Shown here piece after piece: positions 10,218 to 22,636 of a DNA stretch of 64,000 bases; position 1 is the first letter of the stretch; every line of letters begins with the position of its first letter. Source of the DNA: Terriglobia bacterium (lineage in GTDB: Bacteria > Acidobacteriota > Terriglobia > 20CM-2-55-15); contig CBDAOY010000008.1 in assembly GCA_965198225.1 (NCBI GenBank), positions 320,001-384,000 on the forward strand, written 5' to 3'. The notes beneath the pieces were generated by a model. It saw only the letters and a program-made list of their open reading frames with translations, searched no databases and was not told the origin of the DNA. Both the position numbers and the translations under genes were made by a program.

Positions 10218-11083
10218 ATGAACACGTACCCGATGATCTTGTACGCCAGTTTCGCGCAGAGAAAGTCCGCCGAGTGGAGCCCCTCGATCGGTGAGAGCTC
10301 GACGATGTCGGCTCCGACGATCGTGCGGCGCTCGGCCACCTGACGGATCAGCTCGAGGGTTTCCGACCATCCCATCCCTCCCGGTTCCGGGGTGCCTGTT
10401 GCGGGCACGAGGGAAGGATCGAGACCATCGACGTCAATCGTAAGGTACACGTGTTCGCTCAAGCTGGCTACGGCGTCCGCGATCCAGGCCGTGTGACCGA
10501 CGATGTCCCGGGCGAAGAAAATCCGCGTAGGTAGCTCAGCCGCGGCCTCTTTTTCTTCTTTGGATATGGATCGGATTCCAACCTGGACCAACGGGCAGAT
10601 TTCCACGACACGGCGCATCACGCAAGCGTGGCTGTGCGGAGTCCCGTCGTAAGAGTCCCGGAGGTCGGCATGGGCGTCGATCTGGAGAACGGTCAGGTCG
10701 GAGTACTTGTCTTTCACGGCCCGGATGATCGGTGTCGAAAGCGTATGTTCGCCCCCGAGAGTCAGGACGAACTTGTCGTCCAGGCAGTATCGGGCGGCGT
10801 TGGCGCCGATTCGTTCCAGGGCCTCAGATTCGGTGAGGTCCGCAACGTCGGTCTCCGGCAAGGTGTGGATGCCGATCCTGTAAGGTTCCCAGTCGAGTTC
10901 ATCGTCGTAGTACTCGACGTAGCCGGAAGCGTTGAGGATGGCGCGCGGCCCCCCGATGGTTCCATGTCCCCAGCTCGTGGTCCGTTCGTAGGGTACGGGC
11001 CAAACGAGGACCCGGCTGTTGGTGTAGTCGCGGAATCCGTCCGGAATGTCCAGAAACCGGGAGGAGCCGGATTCGTCACTCAT
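10202..11083 (-). CDS. speB: Agmatinase
   Basis: GGEHT, QIDAHADLRD, SHAC, TIDVDGLDPS, TGTPEPGG. Confidence 0.95.
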   Translation of the reverse strand: MSDESGSSRFLDIPDGFRDYTNSRVLVWPVPYERTTSWGHGTIGGPRAILNASGYVEYYDDELDWEPYRIGIHTLPETDVADLTESEALERIGANAARYCLDDKFVLTLGGEHTLSTPIIRAVKDKYSDLTVLQIDAHADLRDSYDGTPHSHACVMRRVVEICPLVQVGIRSISKEEKEAAAELPTRIFFARDIVGHTAWIADAVASLSEHVYLTIDVDGLDPSLVPATGTPEPGGMGWSETLELIRQVAERRTIVGADIVELSPIEGLHSADFLCAKLAYKIIGYVFMGRRP

Positions 11084-11646
11084 TTTGGGACGTAGACAGG
11101 TTCTGGAATGAAGATCGCTCCGGCGACGACAGTCGTCCAGAGTCCGTTCTTGTTGCCAACTGCCGATTTCGTAACACTCGTGCTCTTGACGATCTTGTTG
11201 GAGATGCGCCAGATTTCTCTTTTCTCATCCCAGCTCCGATCCGGATCGAACTCCACTCCCTGGGTGGTCGCCAGCATTTCTGCGGCGAGATCTTCCGCGT
11301 AGTCTCCCGCCACGTCTTCCCGCTCGCCGAAGGAGTGGTGTTCGGACAGGTATCCGAAGGAGTGGGGATCTGCCGGTATCGCGACGCCGATCGAGGCGGC
11401 CAGCAACCGGTGAGGTTCGTTCGTTGCGTTCGAGCTGATTACAGAGAAAACGATCTGGCCCGGATACAGGAACTTCAGCCCCTGAGTTCTCGGGATCAAC
11501 TTGCATCGTGGAGGGAAGATGCTGGAGACGTGGACGAGGTTAAACGGCGCAAGCCCGGCGTCGCGCAGGGCCATTTCGTAGCTGGGCAGTTTTTCTCGAT
11601 GCCGACCGACGCCCTTGGTCAGGAAGATCTTCTTGGCTACAAACAC
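11080..11646 (-). CDS. pdaD: Pyruvoyl-dependent arginine decarboxylase
   Basis: SYEMALRDAG..FNLVHVSSIFP (Ser-Ser self-cleavage site), GYLSEHH; 4-nt overlap with speB. Confidence 0.92.
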   Translation of the reverse strand: MFVAKKIFLTKGVGRHREKLPSYEMALRDAGLAPFNLVHVSSIFPPRCKLIPRTQGLKFLYPGQIVFSVISSNATNEPHRLLAASIGVAIPADPHSFGYLSEHHSFGEREDVAGDYAEDLAAEMLATTQGVEFDPDRSWDEKREIWRISNKIVKSTSVTKSAVGNKNGLWTTVVAGAIFIPEPVYVPK

Positions 11647-11726
11647 CCGGCATGAACCTCCGCCTGCCGATGGCCGATCGTGTGGAGTCCGGAATCAAAA
11701 GATCGAGCTTGTCCGGCAGGTTCCGG

Positions 11727-11784
11727 ACGTTAGCAGAACCGCTTTGGGGTGTCAATTGACATCCATCGGGGCGCATGTTAGGTT
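11727..11784. promoter_or_regulatory. Back-to-back divergent sigma70-type promoters (pdaD-speB / icd-mdh)
   Basis: Palindrome TGTCAATTGACA (11750-11761) gives TTGACA on both strands; -10 candidates 17 nt away: TAGGTT (+, 11779) and TGcTAACGT (-, 11727-11735). Confidence 0.6.
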
Positions 11785-11818
11785 CGGCCTTCCGTTCGGC
11801 ACGAGCGGCCCCGCCCTC

Positions 11819-12090
11819 AGCAGCCCGTGGCAGAAGTCTGATGGCTCGCGTTACGGCGACGTCGCGCCAGCTGCTAGGCGCCGCGCCGACCGGCCCGCGG
11901 TCCGGAGAAATGTTGCGCGGCAACAACGCCCGCGTGTGACGCCGCCGTAACCCTCCGGGCGCACGGGGGTTGCGGTCGGATACTTTGTTGCTCGTCGTCA
12001 TGATGAAACAGCATCAGTTCCTCCTCGCGCCTAGTCTCCGCCTCGCAAGACCCGTGCGCGCGAACCATCAGCCTTCTGCCACGGGCTGCT
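11819..12090. mobile_element. MITE-like element with ~30-bp imperfect terminal inverted repeats
   Basis: AGCAGCCCGTGGCAGAAGtctgatggctcgcg ... cgcgaaccatcagcCTTCTGCCACGGGCTGCT (18-nt perfect outer match); no transposase ORF. Confidence 0.75.
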
Positions 12091-12120
12091 AAGCCATCGA
12101 ATTATTCTGGAGGTCTAATT

Positions 12121-14288
<2,168 letters not shown>

Positions 14289-14449
14289 CGTTTCGTACGT
14301 ATTGCGTGGGGGTACGTTGCGCCTTTCCTGGTAATGCCCGGACTCATCAGCCAGACAATAGCCGGCGCCTCGACTGTCGGACATCTGCGGGCGATTCGCC
14401 CCGACGATCCGGAGGAGAGTACGCAGTGATCAACCGAGGATCAAACACA

Positions 14450-16528
14450 ATGAGCAGATTCAAGAAAACCACGTTCTGGACTTTGGCCGTTCTGAGCGCC
14501 CTTCTTCTTGCGAGCGTCCCAGCAACGGCTCAGGAGCCGGAAGAGGCAGCGGAGCCGTCGATCGTCGATAGCGCCGCGACCGTCGAGGTGACGCCCGCTT
14601 CTTTGACACTCGACGTCGGCGAGAAGGCCAAACTGGAGGCGGTCGTCAAGGACGCCGAGGGTAACGTCATACAGGCTCCGGTCATCTTCATCTCACGTGC
14701 ACGCCGGAACCTGGGCGTTCAAGCCTCGGGAGACGTCGAGGCCTACCGTCCGGGTGAATACACGATCGTCGCGATCGTGCCCCAGGGTGAGGATTTCAAC
14801 CCGAGGAACCCGAACCAGGAAGGCGTGCGTGCCGAGATCGCCGTGACGATCCCCCAGCCGCCACTGGACCGGATCATCATGAGCGGCCTCTCCGCCACGA
14901 TGTTTGAGGGCACGACGCTGCGGACCAAGGCCGATGTCTATGACACGACCGACGTCATCCGGCGCGACCTGACGCCGACGCTCGCGACCAGCGATTCTTC
15001 GGTGGCCACCGTCGACCGCTTTGGTCAGGTGAAGGCGAACCGGACGGGGACGTTCAAACTGATTGCCTCGATCGAGTCCGTGACGGAGGAGATGACGGTC
15101 GATGTCGTGACGAATCCCATCCGCTCGCTCGAACTCGACCCGTCCGAGACCGAAGCGCGAACGGGAGACGTCATCCTGATGGGAGGCGTGGCCAAAGATG
15201 CTTCGGGCAACCCGATAGAAGGTTACCCGATCCGCTACGCCGTCCAGGCGCACGAAGTCGATGCGAACCCGGGGGCCGCTGCGCGGGCCCAGATCCTGGA
15301 CGACGGTCGTTTCGTAGCCGAGGAGCCCGGCCTGTACACCGTGATGGCGCTTGCCGGTGACCTTTCGGCGACCACGACGGTTGAAATCACGCCGCGCGAA
15401 GTGCGGAGAACAGTGGAAGTCCTCGGCCGTGGCCCCGTGATCGACCGCCATACCTCGGACCTCTGGGTCTGGGAAGGCGTCGACGGTCGGGACTACGCGA
15501 TCACCGGAACCTGGGGGGCTGCCGGACACGCCTACTTCTGGGACGTCACCGATCCTGAGAACATCAAGCTGATCGACACGATCAACGTCGACGCGAGGAC
15601 CGTCAACGACGTCAAGGTGTCCGAAGACGGAACGATCGCGGTGATCAGCCGGGAGGGTGCATCGAACCGGCGCAATGGAATCGTGTTGCTCGACGTCAGC
15701 AATCCGGGAGAGGTCAAGACGATCTCGACGTACGATGAGGAATTGACAGGCGGTGTGCACAACGTTTTCATCCACGACAACCACGTGTACGCGTTGAGCA
15801 ACGGACGGCGATACGACATCATCAATATCGCTGAGCCGAAGCTGCCGTTCCGGGTCGGCCGATTCGAACTGGACACTCCCGGACACTCGATTCATGACGT
15901 TTGGGTCGAGGATGGCATTGCGTATTCGTCGAACTGGAGGGACGGCGTCGTGATGGTCGATGTCGGTAACGGGATCAAAGGGGGCAGCCCGGAGAAGCCC
16001 GTCGAGATCGGCCGCTATGCCGACCCGAAGGGAGCCAACCATGCCGCCTTCCCGTTCCGCAGCCAGTCGACGGGCAAGTTCTACGTGATCATGGGCGACG
16101 AGATCATGGGCGGCCGGCTCTTCCCGTATCGTGACAACATGAGCGAAGGCGATCCGGAGATGGCCGCCGGCTACATGCACTTCGTCGATTTCACCGATCC
16201 GGACAATCCCGTCGAGGTGGCGCGTTACGAGGTACCGGAGGCGGGGACGCACAACCTCTGGGTGGACGGTGACACACTTTACATCGGTTACTACAACGGC
16301 GGGTTGCGGGTCGTGGACATCTCGGGCGATCTTGTCGGCGATCTGTACCGTCAAGATCGGGAGATAGCCTGGTTCACGCCCTACGACAATAACGGTTTCG
16401 TACGCAATGCGCCCATGGTGTGGGGCGCCCAGGCTTACAAGGGCATGATCTACCTGGCCGACTTCAACAGCGGCCTGTGGGCCGTGAGGCTGAAATCCGA
16501 CGAAGAGGAGCAGACGACACCGCAATGA
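14450..16528 (+). CDS. Secreted protein with Ig-like (Big_2-type) repeats and C-terminal LVIVD beta-propeller
   Basis: Signal peptide; VEVTPASLTL/TSDSSVATVD Ig-like segments; IVLLDVSNP, MHFVDFTDP, GGLRVVDIS repeats. Confidence 0.85.
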   Translation: MSRFKKTTFWTLAVLSALLLASVPATAQEPEEAAEPSIVDSAATVEVTPASLTLDVGEKAKLEAVVKDAEGNVIQAPVIFISRARRNLGVQASGDVEAYRPGEYTIVAIVPQGEDFNPRNPNQEGVRAEIAVTIPQPPLDRIIMSGLSATMFEGTTLRTKADVYDTTDVIRRDLTPTLATSDSSVATVDRFGQVKANRTGTFKLIASIESVTEEMTVDVVTNPIRSLELDPSETEARTGDVILMGGVAKDASGNPIEGYPIRYAVQAHEVDANPGAAARAQILDDGRFVAEEPGLYTVMALAGDLSATTTVEITPREVRRTVEVLGRGPVIDRHTSDLWVWEGVDGRDYAITGTWGAAGHAYFWDVTDPENIKLIDTINVDARTVNDVKVSEDGTIAVISREGASNRRNGIVLLDVSNPGEVKTISTYDEELTGGVHNVFIHDNHVYALSNGRRYDIINIAEPKLPFRVGRFELDTPGHSIHDVWVEDGIAYSSNWRDGVVMVDVGNGIKGGSPEKPVEIGRYADPKGANHAAFPFRSQSTGKFYVIMGDEIMGGRLFPYRDNMSEGDPEMAAGYMHFVDFTDPDNPVEVARYEVPEAGTHNLWVDGDTLYIGYYNGGLRVVDISGDLVGDLYRQDREIAWFTPYDNNGFVRNAPMVWGAQAYKGMIYLADFNSGLWAVRLKSDEEEQTTPQ

Positions 16529-17715
16529 GACGGACGTTGATCCTATCGCTTCTGGCGTTCACGGCCCTTTCGGGGGCCGTGAACGCCCAGGGTCCGACGC
16601 GCAACTACTGGGTCTACGTGGCATCGGAGTCGGAGGACGAGGTTTCTCTCATCCGGTACGGCCCCGGGGGCCTGGAGGTGCAGAAGCGGATAGGAGTCGG
16701 AATCTGGCCGACCGAAATCGAGGGTCCGCACGGAATCCGGGTGTCTCCTGACGGCCGGCACTGGTACATGTCGCTGGCCCACGGAAACCCTTTCGGGTCG
16801 ATCTACAAGTACCGTACCGGGACCGACGAGCTGGTGGAGACCGTCGAGGTCGGCATGTTTCCCGCGACGCTGGACATCGCACGGAGCACCGGGCTGTTGT
16901 ATGTGGTGAATTTCGATCTGCACGGTGAGATGAAACCCAGCACGATTTCCGTCGTCGAGACTCGAAGCATGCTGGAAGTCGCCGAGATCGAAGTCGGTAT
17001 CATGCCGCATAGCGCCCGGTTGAACCGTGCCGGCGACCGCCAGTACTCGGTCATGATGATGACGGACGAGCTGGTAGAGCTGGATGCGTTCAAGTTCCAG
17101 GTCAGCCGCCGCCTGCCGCTGTCCGACATTGCCCGCCGGAGGGCCGGGGGGATGTCCGACGGCATGCGCATGAGCCATGACATGTCCGACATGCCCGAAG
17201 CCCCCGAGCGTGACGAAATGCCGGGCGAACCGATCGAGGGCATGGCGGGCACGGGTGGCATGGACATGACCGTCATGGCCACCGCCAAACCGACATGGTC
17301 CCAGCCGCACCCGAATGGCAAGTTCGTTTACGTGGCGGCCAACGGCAGCGACGAAGTCATTGAAGTAGATCTGGAGAAGTGGGAAATCGCCCGAACCTTC
17401 GAGACCGCCGCCGGACCCTACAATATCGACGTCACTCCCGACGGCAAGCTTCTCGTCGTCAGCTATAAAAGCGCCGGTTCCACAGGTGTCTGGGACCTCG
17501 AGGACGGCGAGGAAATCGCCCGCGTCGAAAACTCGCGAAGCGTGACTCACGGTGTCGTGATCAGCCCGGATTCCCGATACGCTTTCATCTCGGTGGAAGG
17601 CGTTGGCGGCGAACCCGGGGCTCTCGATGTGATCGACCTTGAAACGCTGAAGTTGTCCGACAGTGTGGATATCGGGAAGCAGGCGTCGGGGATTTCCTTC
17701 TGGAAAATGCAATAA
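16525..17715 (+). CDS. Secreted YncE/YVTN-like beta-propeller protein with Met-rich insertion
   Basis: ATGA overlap with upstream gene; signal peptide; GPHGIRVSPDG, VYVAANGSDEV, PYNIDVTPDGK, HGVVISPDS blades. Confidence 0.85.
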   Translation: MRRTLILSLLAFTALSGAVNAQGPTRNYWVYVASESEDEVSLIRYGPGGLEVQKRIGVGIWPTEIEGPHGIRVSPDGRHWYMSLAHGNPFGSIYKYRTGTDELVETVEVGMFPATLDIARSTGLLYVVNFDLHGEMKPSTISVVETRSMLEVAEIEVGIMPHSARLNRAGDRQYSVMMMTDELVELDAFKFQVSRRLPLSDIARRRAGGMSDGMRMSHDMSDMPEAPERDEMPGEPIEGMAGTGGMDMTVMATAKPTWSQPHPNGKFVYVAANGSDEVIEVDLEKWEIARTFETAAGPYNIDVTPDGKLLVVSYKSAGSTGVWDLEDGEEIARVENSRSVTHGVVISPDSRYAFISVEGVGGEPGALDVIDLETLKLSDSVDIGKQASGISFWKMQ

Positions 17716-17797
17716 GAAATGACGAGTGAAGAGTGACGAGTCGGAGGCAGGCGTTTTTCGCTTTGTTTCGAGACGATCCGCGAGAGAGTCACTGTGA

Positions 17798-18028
17798 GGG
17801 GGACTGGGGCCTGGCCCTGTCCCCGGGTGTTGGCTACAGAGACACGTCCGCGAAGGACACTGCCTGCGTTTCGGGGCAGGCGGTAGTGTGTGGGATTCGA
17901 GCCGACTGCCCTCCTTGACGAACCACCCGACCGGCAGCAGGGCTGCCGGCAGGCGCAGACGGGGAGGTTGGATTCCTGATCAACACCACCCCGGCGCTTC
18001 GCGCCACCCCTCCTCATCTGAGGAGGGG
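17798..18028. repeat. Cluster of GC-rich palindromes
   Basis: ggggactggggcctggccctgtcccc; ccggcagcagggctgccgg; cccctcctcatctgaggagggg. Confidence 0.6.
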
Positions 18029-18071
18029 TGTCTGGCGTGTTGCATACCCAGACTATTCGCCATTGGAGATT

Positions 18072-18107
18072 GAAAAAGGGCGTGGCCGCGGGGCCACGCC
18101 CTTTTTC
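18072..18107. terminator. Bidirectional intrinsic terminator
   Basis: gAAAAAGGGCGTGGCC-gcgg-GGCCACGCCCTTTTTc. Confidence 0.9.
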
Positions 18108-18126
18108 GGAGTTGACGTTCGGGAAT

Positions 18127-20063
18127 CTAGCCGATCGTTTGTGCCAGTTGTTGGCCAGTTGTTGGAGGATCTGGTCGTTGATGACGATGTCGCCGTCGCG
18201 TTCCATGCGCTCCCGAACCTCCTTGTTGTATGCGTCGAACAACTGATTGCGTTTCGTGACGAGGAGCTCCGACTGCAGTTCGTCGAAACCGGCCCGCAGT
18301 TGTTCAGTGTCGACCTCTTCCTTTTCCGTGACGACGAAAGCGATCGTCTTACCGGCCACCGTCACCGGCTCGCCGGGGGTTTCAAGCTCCAGGCTGAACA
18401 ACTGATCGTCCAGTTCCGACGTCGAACCGAATTCCTGTATGAAACCATTGCGCGTCAGCATCTCGCTCGCCTGGATCTCCAGTCCGACGGCCCTGCCGGT
18501 CGCTTCGAGGCTGCGCCCGGCTTTCAGGAGTTGTTCGACTTCGATCGCCTTCTCGCCCGCCAGTTCGCGCGCGCTCTCAGCACGTAAATCCCCCTCGACT
18601 TGATCGGCGGCTTCCTCGAAAGTGGCAGCGTGGGCTTCCTGGATTTCGGTGACCATCGGAATGACGAAGCCGTCCTTGACGGGAACAGCGGTGCCGATCT
18701 CGTTTAAGGCCATCGAAAAAATGGGGCTTTCCAATTCAGACGTTTCTTCGAGACCAGGGAAGCCCTCGCCACGGCCGACGAGGCCCGTCTCACGCAACTC
18801 GCCACCGCTCGCTTGCGCGACGGCCTCGAAGTCCGGGTCTCCGAGGAGGTCTACCGCGACGGACTGGGCTGTCGCCGCTGCCAAATCCGCTGCCAGGCGA
18901 AACTTCACGATCGACTCGATCGCCGGCCGAACCTCTTCGAACGGGCGAATCCGCGCTTCTTCCTTTTCGTTCACCCGGATGATATGGATACCGAATTCCG
19001 TCTCGACCAGGTCGCTCGTTCCGCCCTCGCCAAGGTTGAACGCCACGCGCTCGAATTCGGGCACCATCTGTCCCGGACCGAAGAAACCGAGGTCTCCCCC
19101 GAGCGAAGCCGATGTGTCCTCGGAATACTCCCGTGCTAGTTCCGAGAAGTCTTCGTCGTCCTTCGCCCGTCGGAGAACGTCGGTTGCTCGCTCTCGGATT
19201 TGTTCGATCTCTGCCGGTGTCTTGTCCTGGGTTCTCCAGAGAATATGCTGTGCGCGGACGCGCGCTTGAAGCTGGTACTCCTGCTCGTGGTCCCGGAAGT
19301 AAGCAAGGAGCTCGTCCTCACTCACTTCCATCTCGGTCCGGATCTTGATCGTGTCGATAAACACGTAGCGTGCCTGTCTCTTCTCCGGGATGTTGTAACG
19401 CGCGAGGTTCTTCTCGAAGTACTCGCGCTGTTCGTCTGCGGCCAACTGGACATCGTCTTCAAATTTCGGGCCGTCGATAATGAAGTAATCGAGCTTTACC
19501 TTCTCGTTCCGGTCGCGATATTCGGTTTCGACATCCTCATCGGAGACAGTCGCTGCTGCGGTCAGGAAGCTGTGCAGTTTGCCCACGAGGATCTGGTTGC
19601 GGATGCTGGACTCGAACTCCGCGACCGTGAGGTTGTTTTGCGCCAGGATGCTCTCATATAGCGCCAGCCCGATGAACGCACCGCTCTCCTGAAAGACCGG
19701 GTTTTCGAGAATCGTCCGTTCGATCTCGGCTGCCGACACGTCCAGCCCAAGTCGTTTGGCTTCGGCGACCATCACATACTGGTCGACCAGAGCGTTGACG
19801 ATCTGCGTCTCAAAGCGGAATGCCCGCATCATCTCCGGCGTCATCTGAGACCGCATCTGGTCTACGTAGTTGCGGTAGGCCGTCTGGAACTCACGAGCCG
19901 TCACCGCCTCGCCGCCGACCGCGGCCACGTCGTTTGTCAGAGTTACACTGCCGAGGTCACTGACCGGGATGTAGAGAGTGACCAGCGTTACACTGAAAAT
20001 GAGAATTACGAGAATCCAGACCCACTTCAGGCGTGATCGCTGACGCCGAAAGAAATTCAGCAT
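18127..20063 (-). CDS. ppiD: PpiD/SurA-type periplasmic peptidyl-prolyl isomerase; terminal frameshift from an 11-nt duplication
   Basis: N-terminal TM, SurA-N domain, rotamase RAQHIL...FSELAREYSED..GGDLGFF..MVPEF; the natural stop TAG at 18127-18129 is restored if one GCCAGTTGTTG copy is removed. Confidence 0.88.
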
Positions 20064-20316
20064 GAAACCTCCGTTTAATGAACTTTTATGCTACCTGAAA
20101 GAAGTGGTCAGTGGCCAGTGGTCTGTGCGGAAGTGATAAGTGACGAGCGGGAAGAAGAAGTGGTCGGTCGTGCGTGACGTCGACGCTAACCCTCTCCGCT
20201 TACCTAGTGGCCTGTAACAGAGATAGTGATAGCATCTCCGATGGGCCTTGCGGGTCCTCCCCGGTGTCTTCGCTAAGCTGAAAAATCTGTAAAGACGTCA
20301 CTGAACACTGACCACT

Positions 20317-20542
20317 GACGTCTTCCCAAGACTCACAAACTGCCGGCCCTGCCTACGCTCTCGACCCCGATCTGGGTCTTCAAACTGTGGTCCAACCCCG
20401 AATTCTTACCTCTGCCGACCTAAACGGGCTGGCAATTCGACGTCTTCCCAAGACTGCCTACGCTCTCGACCCCGATCTGGGTCTTCAAACTGTGGTCCAA
20501 CCCCGAATTCTTACCTCTGCCGACCTAAACGGGCTGGCAATT
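20317..20542. repeat. Direct tandem duplication (89-nt exact core, period 105)
   Basis: 20349-20437 is identical to 20454-20542; both copies are preceded by gacgtcttcccaaga. Confidence 0.95.
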
Positions 20543-20676
20543 ACTGGTTCATTTTCACTATGATAGGTTTACTTCTCGGTTTGGGCGGCCATCGTTGTGG
20601 CCGTGAAGTCCTTATTTTCAATTGTCTGACTTTCGTGACGCAATAGGTGCGCGTCTGAGGAGCCGAAGAGAAATCG

Positions 20677-21702
20677 ATGAATTTCCGTCCGTGGTTGAGC
20701 ATGTTCTCGAGCGATCTGGCGATCGATTTGGGCACCGCAAACACACTCGTTTACGCCAAAGGGCGGGGTATCGTCGTGAACGAGCCGTCGATTGTGGCCA
20801 TCAACAAGGTGACCAATCAGGTTGAAGCCGTGGGTAAAGAAGCCAAGGACATGTTGGGACGCACGCCGGGCAACATCATTGCGATTCGTCCCATGAAGGA
20901 CGGCGTCATCGCCGACTTTACGATCACCGAAAAGATGCTGACCTACTTCATCCAGAAGGCCCACGGGCGGAAAGTTCTGGTGCACCCGAGAATCGTCATC
21001 GGTGTGCCCGCCGGGATCACCCAGGTGGAGAAGCGCGCGGTCCAGGACTCCGCGTACCGCGCCAAGGCGAGCGAGGTCCATCTTGTGGAGCAGGCAATGG
21101 CGGCCGCAATCGGTTCAGGGTTGCCGGTGACCGAGCCTTCCGGAAACATGATCGTCGACATCGGTGGCGGCACGACCGAGATCGCGGTCATCTCTCTCTC
21201 CGGTATCGTGCACAGCCGATCCGACAAGGTTGCCGGTAACGAAATGGACGAGGCCATCACGCAGTACATCAAGCGTAAGTACAACCTCCTGATCGGGGAA
21301 AGGAGTGCGGAATCGGTGAAGATGGAGATCGGGTCCGCACATCCTTTGGACGAACACCGGAACATGGACATCAAGGGTCGCGACCTGATGGAGGGCGTGC
21401 CCAAGAGCATAACGGTGTCGGACGAGGAAATCCGCGAGGCGCTGGACGAGTGCATGAACGTCCTCGTGAATTCGATCCGGATCGTGCTCGAGCGCACCCC
21501 TCCGGAATTGTCTGCCGACATTGCCGACCGAGGGATCGTCCTGGCCGGTGGCGGAGGACTCATTCGTAACCTCGACCGAAGAATACGAGAGGAAACCGGA
21601 CTTCCCGTGACGCTGGCGGAGAACCCGCTGTCTTGCGTGGTCATGGGGACGTCGAAAATGCTCAGTGATTTTGTCTTGTTGCGCAAGATCGCGCTCAACT
21701 AA
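20677..21702 (+). CDS. mreB: Rod shape-determining protein MreB
   Basis: DLAIDLGTANTL, RPMKDGVIADF, DIGGGTTE, LERTPPEL. Confidence 0.98.
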   Translation: MNFRPWLSMFSSDLAIDLGTANTLVYAKGRGIVVNEPSIVAINKVTNQVEAVGKEAKDMLGRTPGNIIAIRPMKDGVIADFTITEKMLTYFIQKAHGRKVLVHPRIVIGVPAGITQVEKRAVQDSAYRAKASEVHLVEQAMAAAIGSGLPVTEPSGNMIVDIGGGTTEIAVISLSGIVHSRSDKVAGNEMDEAITQYIKRKYNLLIGERSAESVKMEIGSAHPLDEHRNMDIKGRDLMEGVPKSITVSDEEIREALDECMNVLVNSIRIVLERTPPELSADIADRGIVLAGGGGLIRNLDRRIREETGLPVTLAENPLSCVVMGTSKMLSDFVLLRKIALN

Positions 21703-21773
21703 GCACCGCGTTTGGAGACTGCGCCGCTAACGAGCGTAGTGTCGCCGTATCCGGGCGCCAATCAGGAGCCTTC

Positions 21774-22628
21774 ATGGCCGGCGAATCTAACAAGACGGTA
21801 TGGATCGTGCTGGCTACCGTCCTGCTTGCCCACGTCATGCTTGCTGCGCTGCCCCCCGGTGACCCTCCCCGGACCGGTCTGGTTCGAACCTTGATCCTTG
21901 ATGGCCTGACCCCAATCGAGAAGATGTTCGACTTCACGGTTAACGGAGTCGCCACTGTCTGGAACAACTATTTGGCACTGCTGGATACCCGCAGCGAGAA
22001 CCAGCGCTTGCAGCGGGAGAACGCTGATCTTCGTATGGAGATCGAGCGCAATCGGGAGGAGGTCCGCCAGGCCGAACGATTACAGCGTCTTCTGGACGCC
22101 CTCCCCTCCGATACCGGCCGCCGCGTCGTCGCACGAGTGATCGGGAGCGACCCAACGCCCGGCCGAAAGACTGTCACTATCGATAAAGGGAGACTTCACG
22201 GACTCTTCATCGACGCTCCGGTTATGACGCCGGACGGCATTGTGGGCAGGGTGATCCACACTGGACATTTCGCCGCGATCGTTCAGCTGATCTCCGATCC
22301 GGAGAGCGGCGTCGGTATCCTGGTCCGATCAAGCCGGGTGCAGGGAATCGTCCGGGGTGATGGTCGGGTGTTGGAACTGGACCTGATAGTCGACGACACG
22401 GAGCTTGGGGTCGGGGATGAGCTTCTGACTTCCGGCACTGATCGAATCTATCCCAAGGGGCTGAAGGTCGGCGTCATCGAGTCGATCGGACCTACTGAAG
22501 ACCTGATGAAAACCGCTCGAATTCGACCGGCCGCGGATCTGGCCAGGCTTGAGGAAGTACTGTGTCTTATCGATCGTCCTGACACGAGCGAACTGGTGGA
22601 TGACCCATTGAACCGCCCACCCGCGTAG
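21774..22628 (+). CDS. mreC: Rod shape-determining protein MreC
   Basis: TM, coiled coil ENQRLQREN, TIDKG, GIVGRV, TSGTDRIYPKG; synteny. Confidence 0.95.
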   Translation: MAGESNKTVWIVLATVLLAHVMLAALPPGDPPRTGLVRTLILDGLTPIEKMFDFTVNGVATVWNNYLALLDTRSENQRLQRENADLRMEIERNREEVRQAERLQRLLDALPSDTGRRVVARVIGSDPTPGRKTVTIDKGRLHGLFIDAPVMTPDGIVGRVIHTGHFAAIVQLISDPESGVGILVRSSRVQGIVRGDGRVLELDLIVDDTELGVGDELLTSGTDRIYPKGLKVGVIESIGPTEDLMKTARIRPAADLARLEEVLCLIDRPDTSELVDDPLNRPPA

Positions 22629-22636
22629 CCATGCCG

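Noticed and set aside
17547-18126. C-terminal ~200 aa of the 838-aa ppiD ORF as a real domain
   Set aside because: Translates a terminator, repeats and the antisense of the neighbouring gene; explained by the 11-nt duplication
20317-20542. CRISPR array
   Set aside because: Only two long units, no unique spacers, no cas genes; the heptamer arrays also lack repeat-spacer structure
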